A stretch of DNA of 64,000 bases from Bacteroidales bacterium UBA6267 (GCA_002440745.1 DJVB01000008.1:17070-81069); one strand, 5' to 3'; shown: positions 8,567-18,544, numbered from the stretch's first letter. A program made the numbers and translations. The notes: generated by a model not told the origin, from the letters alone.

Positions 8567-9856
8567 ATGCAAACTCATTCATTAGAACAGATTTATCAAT
8601 TATTTCTGCAATCAAAGGGTATTTCAACAGATTCGCGTTCTATCAAGCCACAAACTTTATTCTTTTGCTTGAAAGGAGAGAATTTCAACGCCAATAAGTT
8701 TGCTGTTGAGGCTATAAAAAAAGGAGCTCTTGCAGCAATTGCCGATGAACAACCTGAGGAAAGCTTGCCCGAGATACTATTAGTGGATAATGTGTTGCAA
8801 ACTTTACAACAATTAGCAAATCTTTACCGGCGTCAGTTTTCAATTCCGGTTTTAGGCATCACCGGTTCTAATGGAAAAACTACCACTAAGGAGCTGATAC
8901 ATGCAGTTTTACAAACCAAATTTAAAACACATGCCACTTCAGGTAATTTAAATAATCATATAGGTGTACCTCTTACTCTTTTGTCGATGCCAACCGATAC
9001 CGAGATTGCTATTATTGAGATGGGAGCCAATCATCGCGGTGAAATAGGGCAGCTTTCGGCAATTGCTGAACCGGATTTTGGTTTGATAACAAATATCGGA
9101 AAAGCTCATCTTGAGGGTTTTGGCGGTTTTGAAGGTGTTATAAAAACTAAATCTGAACTTTATCATTGGATTAGAAATCATGGCAAGGCGATTTTTATAA
9201 ATGGTGACGATTCCTTGTTGATGAGCCTTAGCGATTCATTAGAGCGAATTAGTTACGGCCAAAATACCAATAACATTTTTCAAGGAAATCTAATACCAAC
9301 GGATTCTTTTTTGGAAATTTCAATCGCTGGTCGAAGCATCAGAACGAACCTTCTTGGCGAGTATAATTTTTATAATGCAATGGCTGCTTACTCTATCGGT
9401 AGTTATTTTGGTGTTGAAATCGAAAACATTCAATTTGCATTAGAATCATATATGCCTGAAAACAAGCGTTCGCAGTTGATTCATTCGGAGAAAAACGAGA
9501 TTTATTTAGATGCTTATAATGCTAATCCAACTTCAATGAAAGCCGCGCTTGAAAGTTTTGTAAAAAGTGACAAAAAACTCAAATCTGTCATTCTTGGAGA
9601 TATGTTAGAGTTGGGCTCGGAGAGTTTTGATGAACATTTTCAATTAGTTGAAATGCTGAGAAAATTGCCCTTGGAGAATATAATTCTTGTCGGGCCTGAG
9701 TTTCTTAAAACTAAGAATGATTCCTCAGGATTTCATTACTTTTTAAATTATGCCGAAGCAGCCAAATATCTGGCTAATAATCCTTTGGAAAATCAGTATG
9801 TGCTTGTAAAAGGAAGTCGAGGAATTGCTTTAGAAAACCTGCTGCCAAACCTATAG
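8567..9856 (+). CDS. murF: UDP-N-acetylmuramoyl-tripeptide--D-alanyl-D-alanine ligase
   Basis: Mur ligase P-loop GITGSNGKTTTKE, NIGKAHLEGFG, DAYNANPTSM, LVKGSRG. Confidence 0.85.
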   Translation: MQTHSLEQIYQLFLQSKGISTDSRSIKPQTLFFCLKGENFNANKFAVEAIKKGALAAIADEQPEESLPEILLVDNVLQTLQQLANLYRRQFSIPVLGITGSNGKTTTKELIHAVLQTKFKTHATSGNLNNHIGVPLTLLSMPTDTEIAIIEMGANHRGEIGQLSAIAEPDFGLITNIGKAHLEGFGGFEGVIKTKSELYHWIRNHGKAIFINGDDSLLMSLSDSLERISYGQNTNNIFQGNLIPTDSFLEISIAGRSIRTNLLGEYNFYNAMAAYSIGSYFGVEIENIQFALESYMPENKRSQLIHSEKNEIYLDAYNANPTSMKAALESFVKSDKKLKSVILGDMLELGSESFDEHFQLVEMLRKLPLENIILVGPEFLKTKNDSSGFHYFLNYAEAAKYLANNPLENQYVLVKGSRGIALENLLPNL

Positions 9857-9860
9857 TACT

Positions 9861-10916
9861 ATGCAAAACTACCGTGTACTTGGAATGATGTCGGGAACTT
9901 CCCTCGATGGTTTGGATTTGGCTTGTGTTGACTTCTTTCAAGAAAATGGCAATTGGCAATTTCATTTAGTAGCTGCCGAAACGGTCTCTTATTCAAGGGA
10001 ATGGACTGATCGTTTGCGAAACGCTATTCATTTTTCAGGACTCGAAATTACCCGAACAGATGTGGCTTATGGTCACCTTTTGGGCAGTTTGAGCAGTGAA
10101 TTTCTTAGCAAACATCATTTAAAAGTCGATCTAGTTTCAAGTCATGGTCATACTATTTTTCATCAGCCTGACGAGGGTTTTACGCTTCAGATTGGAAATG
10201 GAACTGCCTTAGCATCACATCATTTTTGTCCGGTAGTATTTGATTTTCGGTCCTTAGATGTGAGCGCAGGAGGACAGGGTGCGCCGTTGGTCCCTTATGG
10301 CGATTTCCTTCTTTTTTCTAACTATGCAGGATGTTTAAATATTGGTGGTTTCGCCAATTTGAGCGTCAACTCGGATTTTCCAGCAGCTTGGGATATTTGT
10401 CCGGCAAATTATGTTTTGAACATTTTAGCAAATAGATTGAACCACACTTACGATAAAGATGGCCTTATTTCTCGAAGCGGCTCTATCATCCATTCCCTCC
10501 TTTCGCAACTTGAGAGCAACTCCTATTACTTACGAAAAGCTCCAAAATCCCTTGGAAGTGAGTTTGTTATGTCTGAAATGATGCCGTTGATGGATGCTTA
10601 TTCCGGCATTGAGGATTTGTTACGAACTTTCACCGAGCATATTGCGCTTCGAGTTGCTCAGGACATGAAAATGGTTGAAGGGCCTGTTTTAGTAACGGGT
10701 GGTGGAGCAAAAAATTCGTTCCTGATGGAAAGGATTGAGTCGATTTCGCAACGAAAATTGGAAAGGCCCACCGATGAAATAATTGATTTTAAAGAAGCAA
10801 TAATTTTTGCCTTTCTGGGACTACTTCGGTTTCTGAATCTCCCGAATATCGATGGTCGAATCACTGGCTCGAATAGATTTCTATCTTCGGGAAATATTTC
10901 ATTACCAGGGTTATAA
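9861..10916 (+). CDS. anmK: Anhydro-N-acetylmuramic acid kinase
   Basis: N-terminal GMMSGTSLDGLDLA and later GGGAKN motifs typical of AnmK. Follows murF after 4 nt. Confidence 0.8.
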   Translation: MQNYRVLGMMSGTSLDGLDLACVDFFQENGNWQFHLVAAETVSYSREWTDRLRNAIHFSGLEITRTDVAYGHLLGSLSSEFLSKHHLKVDLVSSHGHTIFHQPDEGFTLQIGNGTALASHHFCPVVFDFRSLDVSAGGQGAPLVPYGDFLLFSNYAGCLNIGGFANLSVNSDFPAAWDICPANYVLNILANRLNHTYDKDGLISRSGSIIHSLLSQLESNSYYLRKAPKSLGSEFVMSEMMPLMDAYSGIEDLLRTFTEHIALRVAQDMKMVEGPVLVTGGGAKNSFLMERIESISQRKLERPTDEIIDFKEAIIFAFLGLLRFLNLPNIDGRITGSNRFLSSGNISLPGL

Positions 10917-10940
10917 ATTCTATAAATTGGTTTATTTTGT

Positions 10941-12620
10941 CTATAAATTTGGCAAATCGAACCAAAATTTTGAACCTACACCAACTTCGGATGAAAAGCT
11001 TATAGTGCCGCCCATCAGTTCAACAAATCCTTTCGAAATGCTAAGCCCTAATCCGGTACCTTCTCTGAAATTGGTCTCTTCCGCTTGACGGAATCGCTCA
11101 AAAATGAAGAATTGTTTATCTTCCGGAATGCCCCGACCAGTGTCGCTAACATAAAAATAATAGGAATTTGGATGTTTCTCAACACCAATTTCCACATGAC
11201 CCGAGTCGGTATATTTTAAGGCATTCTTAATCAAGTTTATAAGCACCTCATAGATTTTATCCTTATCGGTTTCGAAAGTGGTTTGCTTCGTGATTCCTAA
11301 GGTGGACACACGTAATTCTATTCCTTTTGTTCGGGCTTCTAAACTGAAAAATTGGTACAATTCGTCCAAAAGTTCATAGATAATAATTCGAGTTTTTGTA
11401 ACCGTAAATTGTCCGGCTTCAATTTTTGAAATGTTTATCAACTCGTTAATTAAATTCAATAACCGCTTGCCACTTTTCTCTATCACATCCACATAAGTAA
11501 GATATTCCTCTCTTTCCAAATCTTCGGTTTTCATCAGTCCGGCAAAACCCAAGATTCCATTCATCGGAGTTCTGATTTCATGACTTAGGTTAGCGAGAAA
11601 CACCGATTTTAACCGGTCGCTTTCCTGAGCCTTTTCTTTGGCATAAGTCAGTTCATCTTCATATTCTTTGAGTCTGGTGATATCGTGCAAGCTTCCTAAG
11701 AGTTGATTAGGTTTGCCCTCATTATCATTAGTAATGCAAAAACTTCCACTAAGCCATTTGTAATCGCCTGATTTGCTTACGATTTTAAAATCTTTTTCCA
11801 CAGCTGCTGAACCTTCATTATGGGCGAATAAAACCTCTTTTACCACATTTTTAAAGCCGGATTGGTAATCGGGATGAATGAGTTTTAAATATTCTTCCGG
11901 GTCTAAGCTTATCATTTCTGAAGTAGAGTAACCTAAGATATCAAATAGCTTTGGGCTAATATACTTGAAATAATTGGTATGTAGGTCGAAGTAGAAAAAA
12001 ATATCGTGGGAATTCTCAACAATCTGCCTGAATTTTTGTTCGCTCTTGGCAAGTAATGAAGATTCAACTTTTAGCTTTTCTTCAATTATTTTTTTGTCAG
12101 TAATATCAATTATTCCCAATCGGTATTCGAAATCACCGGACGACAAATGCTTTTTAATGCCATGAATATTGGTATAAATCCTTTCTTTTTCATTCAATTT
12201 CAACGCAAGCTCCGTTTGTAGTGAGCGATCGTTTGCAAATAATTCTTTGTGAAAAAAGAAGAATGTATCTTGAAAATCAGGTGCAATGTGTTTTGTAAAA
12301 CTTGTGCCGGCTAGTTTAGCAGGAATAGTCCCCAACATGCCGGCAATGGTATAGTTAGCCTCTTTTATACGTAGGTTGCTATCTAAAAGGATATATCCAG
12401 TAGGCGCAAGATGGAATAGATCGTGATATCTGTCTTTAATTAATTCTAATTCGGCTTGGGAAGAGATTAATTCAATGTTTTGCTGCTCCAATTCTACTTG
12501 ATAAATGGATAACTCTTCAATCAAACTTTTTATGTCTTTTTCGAAAAGGGATGGATTAAGCCCTTGAATTTCAATTTTCTTTAAGGCATCCTCCCGCAGC
12601 CTGTTTAATTTCTCATTCAT
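10941..12620 (-). CDS. PAS-domain sensor histidine kinase (cytoplasmic)
   Basis: Coiled coil and two PAS-like modules, then H-box LANLSHEIRTPMNGILG, N-box LINLIKNALKYT, DTGRGIP, GTGLGLS. No TM segment seen. Confidence 0.85.
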   Translation of the reverse strand: MNEKLNRLREDALKKIEIQGLNPSLFEKDIKSLIEELSIYQVELEQQNIELISSQAELELIKDRYHDLFHLAPTGYILLDSNLRIKEANYTIAGMLGTIPAKLAGTSFTKHIAPDFQDTFFFFHKELFANDRSLQTELALKLNEKERIYTNIHGIKKHLSSGDFEYRLGIIDITDKKIIEEKLKVESSLLAKSEQKFRQIVENSHDIFFYFDLHTNYFKYISPKLFDILGYSTSEMISLDPEEYLKLIHPDYQSGFKNVVKEVLFAHNEGSAAVEKDFKIVSKSGDYKWLSGSFCITNDNEGKPNQLLGSLHDITRLKEYEDELTYAKEKAQESDRLKSVFLANLSHEIRTPMNGILGFAGLMKTEDLEREEYLTYVDVIEKSGKRLLNLINELINISKIEAGQFTVTKTRIIIYELLDELYQFFSLEARTKGIELRVSTLGITKQTTFETDKDKIYEVLINLIKNALKYTDSGHVEIGVEKHPNSYYFYVSDTGRGIPEDKQFFIFERFRQAEETNFREGTGLGLSISKGFVELMGGTISFSSEVGVGSKFWFDLPNL

Positions 12621-12627
12621 GGCTCAT

Positions 12628-15600
12628 TTATTTTGGTTCGTCAACTTCCTCAAAAATAGTATATACCTGATATGGGTTTTGTTGGCCTTCCTGAAATAGT
12701 GGTATTGCATCGATTTTTATCCACACATATTTGGATAGTTTTGGGTTATAAACCCCCATAATACTGTTTTTAATTTCTAAACCGGTACGAAGAGCGACCA
12801 TTGCGGGATGTTCGCTACCCGGAAAAAAGGTTTTATCAGCTTTTAACGGCTTCCATTCTTCGGAGGCAGAGGTGCGAGATTTCATTTCTTCCAGACTAAC
12901 TCCTAAGATGCGCTCAGCGGCAGGATTGGCATTTACCAATTGTCCGTCACCGTTTTGAAAAACAATTCCCTTATTGATGCTGTTGAATAGCAATAAGTAT
13001 TTGTCTTCAAACGCATTAGCCTTTCTTTTTTCTATGTTAAGAACTTCCTGCTGTTCCATTTCGTGGGAAATATTGATAACAATTCCGGTCAATAATTCCG
13101 GTTTTCCGTTTTTGTCCCGCTTCACTACCTTACCTTTGTCTCTATACCACACAAAATGTCTGTCTTTGTGGCGAATGCGATATTCAATAATGTAGGAATC
13201 CTTTTTTCCCGAAAGATGATCACGCATTGCGTCCATGGCTTTTTCGTAGTCATCTTCATGAATTAAACTTGTCCACCACTCAAAACCATCCCCAACCTGA
13301 TTTTTAGTGTAGCCAAGCATGGTGTATTTGCCTTCACCGGTCAGCACTCTGTTTTGTTTCATGTCCCATTCCCACCACGACATTTCACCGGCATTTAGGG
13401 CATAATCTAAACGATCGGTGGTCTGCTGAAGTTTAGCTTGATACTCTTTAATATTACTGATTTCAATAAATAAGATTATTATTCCATCAATCGCATTTTC
13501 AATAGTTCGGTAGGGTAAAATTCGCATCAAAAACCAATGTCCATTATCGTCCTGAATTTCATGTTCAATGGTTACCAAACGATCGGCTGCTTTTTTTACA
13601 TCTTCCACAAAGTTTTTATACAAATTACCAAAACTCAGATGTTGGATTGGACGGCCAATATCAATGGGTAAGATATTGGTTAGGCGACTGGCGACGTCAT
13701 TTATTTTTCTGATGCACAACGATTTATCTAAATACAAGTTGCCTAAGTGGGTGTTTTTTAATAAGTTATCGAAATCGGAATTCAACTCGGTTAGTTCGTC
13801 AATCTTCCGAAGATGTTCGCTATTGACCGTATATAACTCTTCATTAACCGATTGTAATTCCTCATTCGTACTTTGTAGCTCCTCATTCGATGCTATTAGC
13901 TCCTCGTTGCTCGATTGCAACTCTTCGTTGCTTGTTTCAAGTTCTTCAACTGTCGCTTGCAAACTTTCGCTTTTAACTTGAAGTTCTCTTTCTAATTCTT
14001 CAATGCGTTCCTGATACTGAGTGTTAATATTGATTTTCTCACTTGGAACTTTTTTCTGCTCCTTCTTTTCAACTTCGATAAAACTGATTAAGAAGTAGGA
14101 TTCATCTAATTGAGAATCAGAGATATACTTGCATTTTATGGAAAGAAGAGAATTCCGGCTTTCCAAGGAAATATTGTCAAGTGTAATTTCATTTCTCGTT
14201 TTTTCAGTCCTTCGGATGAGGCTGCTCAAAGTTACGGATAAATCTTTTGGCAACATTTTTAACAAGTTAAAACTGACATGACCTATCGGAATATTCAGGT
14301 AATGGCTAACATTGTGAATCGTGTGCAAAACATTATACTGGTCGTCAATTATTATTGAAGGAGGAAGATAATCATGCAAAACCTCATTAAAGATTCGTTC
14401 CACAAAATTATTTCTTGATTTATTTGATCGGTAAATGGAAGATCCTATTAAATCCGATCTGGTTTTTGCTGTAGTATTGATGCCAATTGTGTTAAAAAAT
14501 CCTGGTTTATAGGATGTTATCTTTTTATAAATCTTGGCTTTTTGATCGATAACTTGGAAACCTTCTGCCATATTTCCAAGCGATTCGCTCGACCCTAAAA
14601 GCATCAATCCGTTTTGGTTTAAGCAGACGTGGAATGTGGAGATTATTTTTTGTTGGACATCATTATTCAAGTAGATGAGCAGATTTCGGCACGAAATAAG
14701 GTCAAGTTTCGAAAAAGGCGGGTCGTTGAGAATATTGTGTTGTGCAAATATTATCATGCTTCTAATGCTCTCAATTATTTGATAGCCACGTTCTTTCCTG
14801 GTGAAGTATTTCACTAATAAATCTGTAGGCACATCGGAAGCAATATTGTCGGGATAAAGACCTGTTCCGGCAAAATCAATCGATGATTTGTCTAAATCGG
14901 TTGCAAAGATTTTAACGTCCTTTTGTATGTGATTTTCAATTAAATGGTCTTTGATAAGCATAGCTATGGTATAAGCCTCCTCGCCGGTTGAGCAGCCTGC
15001 TACCCAAACTCTTAACTCTTTCTTTCCTTGATGCTCTTCAATTAGTTTTGGTAAAATTTTAGTTTTAAACTTGATAAAAGTTGCTTCATCTCTGAAAAAT
15101 CGGGTAACTCCAATGAGTAGCTCATTGAAGAGTATGGATATTTCTTTTTGATTTCCATCTAAAAACTTGATGTAATCTTCAATTTTGTCAAATCGATTGA
15201 TGCTTATGCGTTTTTCAAGTCTTCGATGAATAGTATTTTCTTTATAGTTCGCAAAATCAACTTGTTTGCTTTCTTTAAGAATGTCGATAATTCGTTCTAA
15301 ATGATTCATTTTGCCATCGAGCAAACTCTCTAATTTTCGACTTTGCCGGATGAGAGGATGTTTTATATACTGCAAAAGCTCAGCGGCTAAATCAAATGGA
15401 TTCGATACAAAATCAATCATGCCTGTCGAAATGGAGCTTTTTGGCATTCCGTCAAACTTAGCCGAACGATCGTCTTGAACCATAGTCATGCCGCCAAATT
15501 CTTTGATTGCCCGCACCCCCAAAGTTCCATCCGAACCGGTGCCGGATAAAATGATGGAAATGGCATTTTTTTGCTGGTCCTGAGCCAATGACCTAAAGAA

Positions 15601-15960
15601 GATATCAATTGGAAGATTTAAAAACCTTTTGTCCGAAATTTCACTAAGCAATAATTTTCCCTCCCTGATGGTCATGTTCATCTTTGGTGGAAGAAGATAG
15701 ATATTGTTTTTTTCGACTAACATGTCGTTTTGAGCCACATGAATTGGGATTGAAGTGCATCTTGCAAGCAGTTCATTCATAAAACTTTTATAGTCAGGCG
15801 ATAAATGTTGAATGATGACGAATGCCGCTCCCGGATCCGGATCCATATTAGTGAAAAATTCTTGAAGTGCTTCTAGTCCCCCTGCTGATGCGCCAATTCC
15901 AACTACAGGATATGGCAATTGATGTAAGGGTTCTTCCGATACTGAAATTGATTTAGCCAT
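12628..15960 (-). CDS. CheB methylesterase / CheR methyltransferase fusion protein with PAS domains
   Basis: CheB-like VVGIGASAGGLEAL..IIQHLSP..GTGSDG. CheR-like SAM motif VWVAGCSTGEEAYTIAM..ISCRNLLIYL. NEEL heptad coiled coil, then two C-terminal PAS modules. Confidence 0.85.
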   Translation of the reverse strand: MAKSISVSEEPLHQLPYPVVGIGASAGGLEALQEFFTNMDPDPGAAFVIIQHLSPDYKSFMNELLARCTSIPIHVAQNDMLVEKNNIYLLPPKMNMTIREGKLLLSEISDKRFLNLPIDIFFRSLAQDQQKNAISIILSGTGSDGTLGVRAIKEFGGMTMVQDDRSAKFDGMPKSSISTGMIDFVSNPFDLAAELLQYIKHPLIRQSRKLESLLDGKMNHLERIIDILKESKQVDFANYKENTIHRRLEKRISINRFDKIEDYIKFLDGNQKEISILFNELLIGVTRFFRDEATFIKFKTKILPKLIEEHQGKKELRVWVAGCSTGEEAYTIAMLIKDHLIENHIQKDVKIFATDLDKSSIDFAGTGLYPDNIASDVPTDLLVKYFTRKERGYQIIESIRSMIIFAQHNILNDPPFSKLDLISCRNLLIYLNNDVQQKIISTFHVCLNQNGLMLLGSSESLGNMAEGFQVIDQKAKIYKKITSYKPGFFNTIGINTTAKTRSDLIGSSIYRSNKSRNNFVERIFNEVLHDYLPPSIIIDDQYNVLHTIHNVSHYLNIPIGHVSFNLLKMLPKDLSVTLSSLIRRTEKTRNEITLDNISLESRNSLLSIKCKYISDSQLDESYFLISFIEVEKKEQKKVPSEKININTQYQERIEELERELQVKSESLQATVEELETSNEELQSSNEELIASNEELQSTNEELQSVNEELYTVNSEHLRKIDELTELNSDFDNLLKNTHLGNLYLDKSLCIRKINDVASRLTNILPIDIGRPIQHLSFGNLYKNFVEDVKKAADRLVTIEHEIQDDNGHWFLMRILPYRTIENAIDGIIILFIEISNIKEYQAKLQQTTDRLDYALNAGEMSWWEWDMKQNRVLTGEGKYTMLGYTKNQVGDGFEWWTSLIHEDDYEKAMDAMRDHLSGKKDSYIIEYRIRHKDRHFVWYRDKGKVVKRDKNGKPELLTGIVINISHEMEQQEVLNIEKRKANAFEDKYLLLFNSINKGIVFQNGDGQLVNANPAAERILGVSLEEMKSRTSASEEWKPLKADKTFFPGSEHPAMVALRTGLEIKNSIMGVYNPKLSKYVWIKIDAIPLFQEGQQNPYQVYTIFEEVDEPK
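13825..13950 (-). repeat. Six tandem 21-nt (heptad) repeats encoding VEELETS NEELQSS NEELIAS NEELQST NEELQSV NEELYTV
   Basis: Codon-by-codon reading of the minus strand inside the CheB-CheR gene. Confidence 0.9.
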
Positions 15961-16011
15961 TAATGATGCAATTAGGTTCTAATCTAAATTAGATATGGTT
16001 AATAAAGGCTT

Positions 16012-16019
16012 CAAAGATA
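16012..16019 (-). promoter_or_regulatory. Candidate Bacteroidota -7 promoter box (TATCTTTG on minus strand)
   Basis: Matches TAnnTTTG, about 52 nt upstream of the CheB-CheR ATG (15960). Confidence 0.35.
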
Positions 16020-16174
16020 CGGGAGAAATTTTTTAAAAGCCACGAAAAAATGAAGAATTAATGATTAACTACATCAATTTTTTTTCTTTAAAGCATCAAT
16101 AATTATTTCAAACGCTACACCAAAATCAACGGATTATGATGGATTACATCGAACTTGAGTAAAGCAAAGAGAAT

Positions 16175-16966
16175 TTAATAAACTAATTGATCAGCAACAA
16201 GTTCGGCTATGTCTTTATTGAGGGTAACTTCTTCTCTATTTTTATATTTAATACCATCCGTCATCATGGTCATACAAAACGGACAAGCTGTGGCTATAAT
16301 TTTCGGGTTTAGTCCAATCGCTTCTTCCGTGCGTTCAATGAAAACTTCTTTATTTCCCTTTTCTGCCTCTTTAAACATTTGCCCTCCACCTGCACCGCAG
16401 CATAAAGCAAAACTTCTGTTTCGTGGCATCTCACTTAAGTTATAGCCTAAGGCTTTGAGGATATTGCGTGGAGGTTCGTATATTTTATTTGCTCTGCCCA
16501 AATAACACGGGTCGTGATAAGTCAATATTTCGGGATTAGAGGTAGGCTTTAGTTTGATTTTTCCGGATTGAATATTATTCCAAATAAATTCTGTATGGTG
16601 TGTAACTTCGTAATTTCCACCTAATTCCGGATACTCATTCTTAAGAACATTATAATCGTGAGGGTCGCAGGTTATAATTTTTTTAACGCCATAACCATTC
16701 AAAACTTCAATATTCATTTGAGCTTGCATTTGAAAAAGCATCTCATTCCCCGAACGCCGTGCAATATCTCCGCTGTCGGTTTCTTCAATTCCCAGCACTG
16801 CATAATCTGTTTTCAGATGATATAAAATCTTCACAAATGATTGAGTGACTTTTTTATAACGGTCGTCGAATGCTCCGGCGCTTCCAACCCAAAATAAATA
16901 TTCCGGTGTTTTTCCTTCGGCAAATAAGTCAGCCATTTGGGGTACTTCTATCTTAATCGTTTCCAT
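16175..16966 (-). CDS. CCG-domain (HdrB/HdrD C-terminal-like) Fe-S protein
   Basis: Two cysteine-rich CCG-type motifs: YHDPCYLGR..ALCCGAGGG..ACPFCMTMM, and a degenerate N-terminal copy. Confidence 0.7.
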   Translation of the reverse strand: METIKIEVPQMADLFAEGKTPEYLFWVGSAGAFDDRYKKVTQSFVKILYHLKTDYAVLGIEETDSGDIARRSGNEMLFQMQAQMNIEVLNGYGVKKIITCDPHDYNVLKNEYPELGGNYEVTHHTEFIWNNIQSGKIKLKPTSNPEILTYHDPCYLGRANKIYEPPRNILKALGYNLSEMPRNRSFALCCGAGGGQMFKEAEKGNKEVFIERTEEAIGLNPKIIATACPFCMTMMTDGIKYKNREEVTLNKDIAELVADQLVY

Positions 16967-16971
16967 TGTAA

Positions 16972-18270
16972 CTACTTTTGAATAAATATTTCATCGGCCC
17001 ATTTCATGCGGTCTTCCTGCGAAAATTGCCACGGGGCACCGTTGTTTTCAATGTTTTGAAAAATGCTGTTTAACCCTGCCGGTGCTGCAGATTCCTCCAT
17101 CACCAAATACCTCCGCAAGGAAATAATTATGTCAGGATGGTTCATATTTATCGGACATTCTTGCGCACAGGCATTACAAAGCGTACAAGCCCAAATTTCC
17201 TCTTCAGAAATATAGTCTCTCAACAAAGATTTGCCATCGTCAAAGGATTTGTCCTTTAGAAGTTGAGGCCCTTTTTCTTTCATGCGTGCACGAAAATCAA
17301 TCATTAACTTTCTGGGAGATAATAGTTTACCGGTAATATTTGCCGGACAAACCGAGGTGCAACGCCCGCATTGAGTGCAGGCTAAACTGTCGAGATAGTT
17401 TTTCCATGTGCCATCTTCCACATCTTTCATCCCAAATCGACCTATCTCTTGGTCAGTTTCAGCAGCACCAGATTCCGGATTTATCATCGACCTTACTTCA
17501 TTTTCAATTATCGGCATATTGTCAATATAGCCCAAGGGTTTAAGTTTAGTTAGAAATACATTGGGAACCGACATAAACACATGAAAATGCTTGGAATATG
17601 GTAAAATATTGGCAAAAAGAAATATTAATAAAATATGCCCCCACCAATTTGCCTCATGCAAGATCAGGGTTGTTTCGTAATCAACATTGATAAAAAAACC
17701 TGCTAAGTAACTCGATACCGGATAAAATCCTTGAATTTCATGGGTGGTCGAAAGCAGATAAAAAGTGTTCATTCCAAGCAGTGTCACCATTAACAAGCCA
17801 ATTAAACCTAAAGCAACATTTGCATCTTGATGGGAAATTTTTTTCATTTCCACGCCTTCAAATCGCTTTACTTTTAAGATGTTTCTGCGGATGAGAAAGA
17901 TAAGGATTGCCACAAGTATTATCAATCCAAAAAGGTCACCACCGGCCATTAAAATAGTATAAAAAAACCCGAGGAACGACAAAATTCTTTCTGTTCCAAA
18001 CAATCCATCGACAATCATTTCGATGCTCCCAAAAAGGATTACAATGAAGCCCCACCAAACTAAAGCGTGGAGCATTCCGATCACCGGACGCCTTAGGATT
18101 TTGGTTTGACCAATAGCGACTTCTAAGGTCAAAATCAGTCTTTTGCCAATTTCCTTTATAGGAAATGCAGGTTTTAATAATTTGAAATAATCAAAAATTC
18201 GCTTTATTGTCCATGCGAAAAATCCCATGGCAACAAGGAGCGTTAAGGCAAATATTATTTGTTTTATCAT
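16972..18270 (-). CDS. Integral-membrane 2x[4Fe-4S] ferredoxin-domain protein (DsrM/NarI-like TM region fused to HdrC/DsrK-like dicluster domain)
   Basis: About 5-6 hydrophobic helices, then CTQCGRCTSVCP and CTLCNACAQECP. The track start is TTG 18285. ATG at 18270 (MIKQII) is preferred. Confidence 0.65.
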   Translation of the reverse strand: MIKQIIFALTLLVAMGFFAWTIKRIFDYFKLLKPAFPIKEIGKRLILTLEVAIGQTKILRRPVIGMLHALVWWGFIVILFGSIEMIVDGLFGTERILSFLGFFYTILMAGGDLFGLIILVAILIFLIRRNILKVKRFEGVEMKKISHQDANVALGLIGLLMVTLLGMNTFYLLSTTHEIQGFYPVSSYLAGFFINVDYETTLILHEANWWGHILLIFLFANILPYSKHFHVFMSVPNVFLTKLKPLGYIDNMPIIENEVRSMINPESGAAETDQEIGRFGMKDVEDGTWKNYLDSLACTQCGRCTSVCPANITGKLLSPRKLMIDFRARMKEKGPQLLKDKSFDDGKSLLRDYISEEEIWACTLCNACAQECPINMNHPDIIISLRRYLVMEESAAPAGLNSIFQNIENNGAPWQFSQEDRMKWADEIFIQK

Positions 18271-18506
18271 AATTATAAAAATCAAGTAATCAGAGTAAAT
18301 TCTGCGACTAATAAATACATCCTGTGCTGTCGCTTATTGCCTGCAAATATATTATTTTTTTGCGATTGGGTATTCTAAATATGCTTTTGGTATTTGATGA
18401 GTACGTAATTTATATCTATTCCAGTCAATGGAGGAGAAATCTAAATATTAGGAGAAGAAACGGAAATATTTTTGCAAACTTCCATCAACCTGAATTACCT
18501 GAAGTC

Positions 18507-18541
18507 AAAAAAAAAAGACCGGATTTTTTTCCGGTCTTTTT
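18507..18541 (-). terminator. Rho-independent terminator (bidirectional-looking) after TonB-family gene
   Basis: GACCGG/CCGGTC stem flanked by an A-run and a T-run. On the minus strand the hairpin is followed by about 10 T. Lies 4 nt below the stop at 18545. Confidence 0.7.
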
Positions 18542-18544
18542 CTT

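Noticed and set aside
13568-13981. 137-aa plus-strand ORF rich in Ser/Leu/Cys
   Set aside because: It is antisense to the Glu/Leu-rich heptad region of the CheB-CheR gene. The stop-free stretch is a by-product of the codon-aligned repeat.
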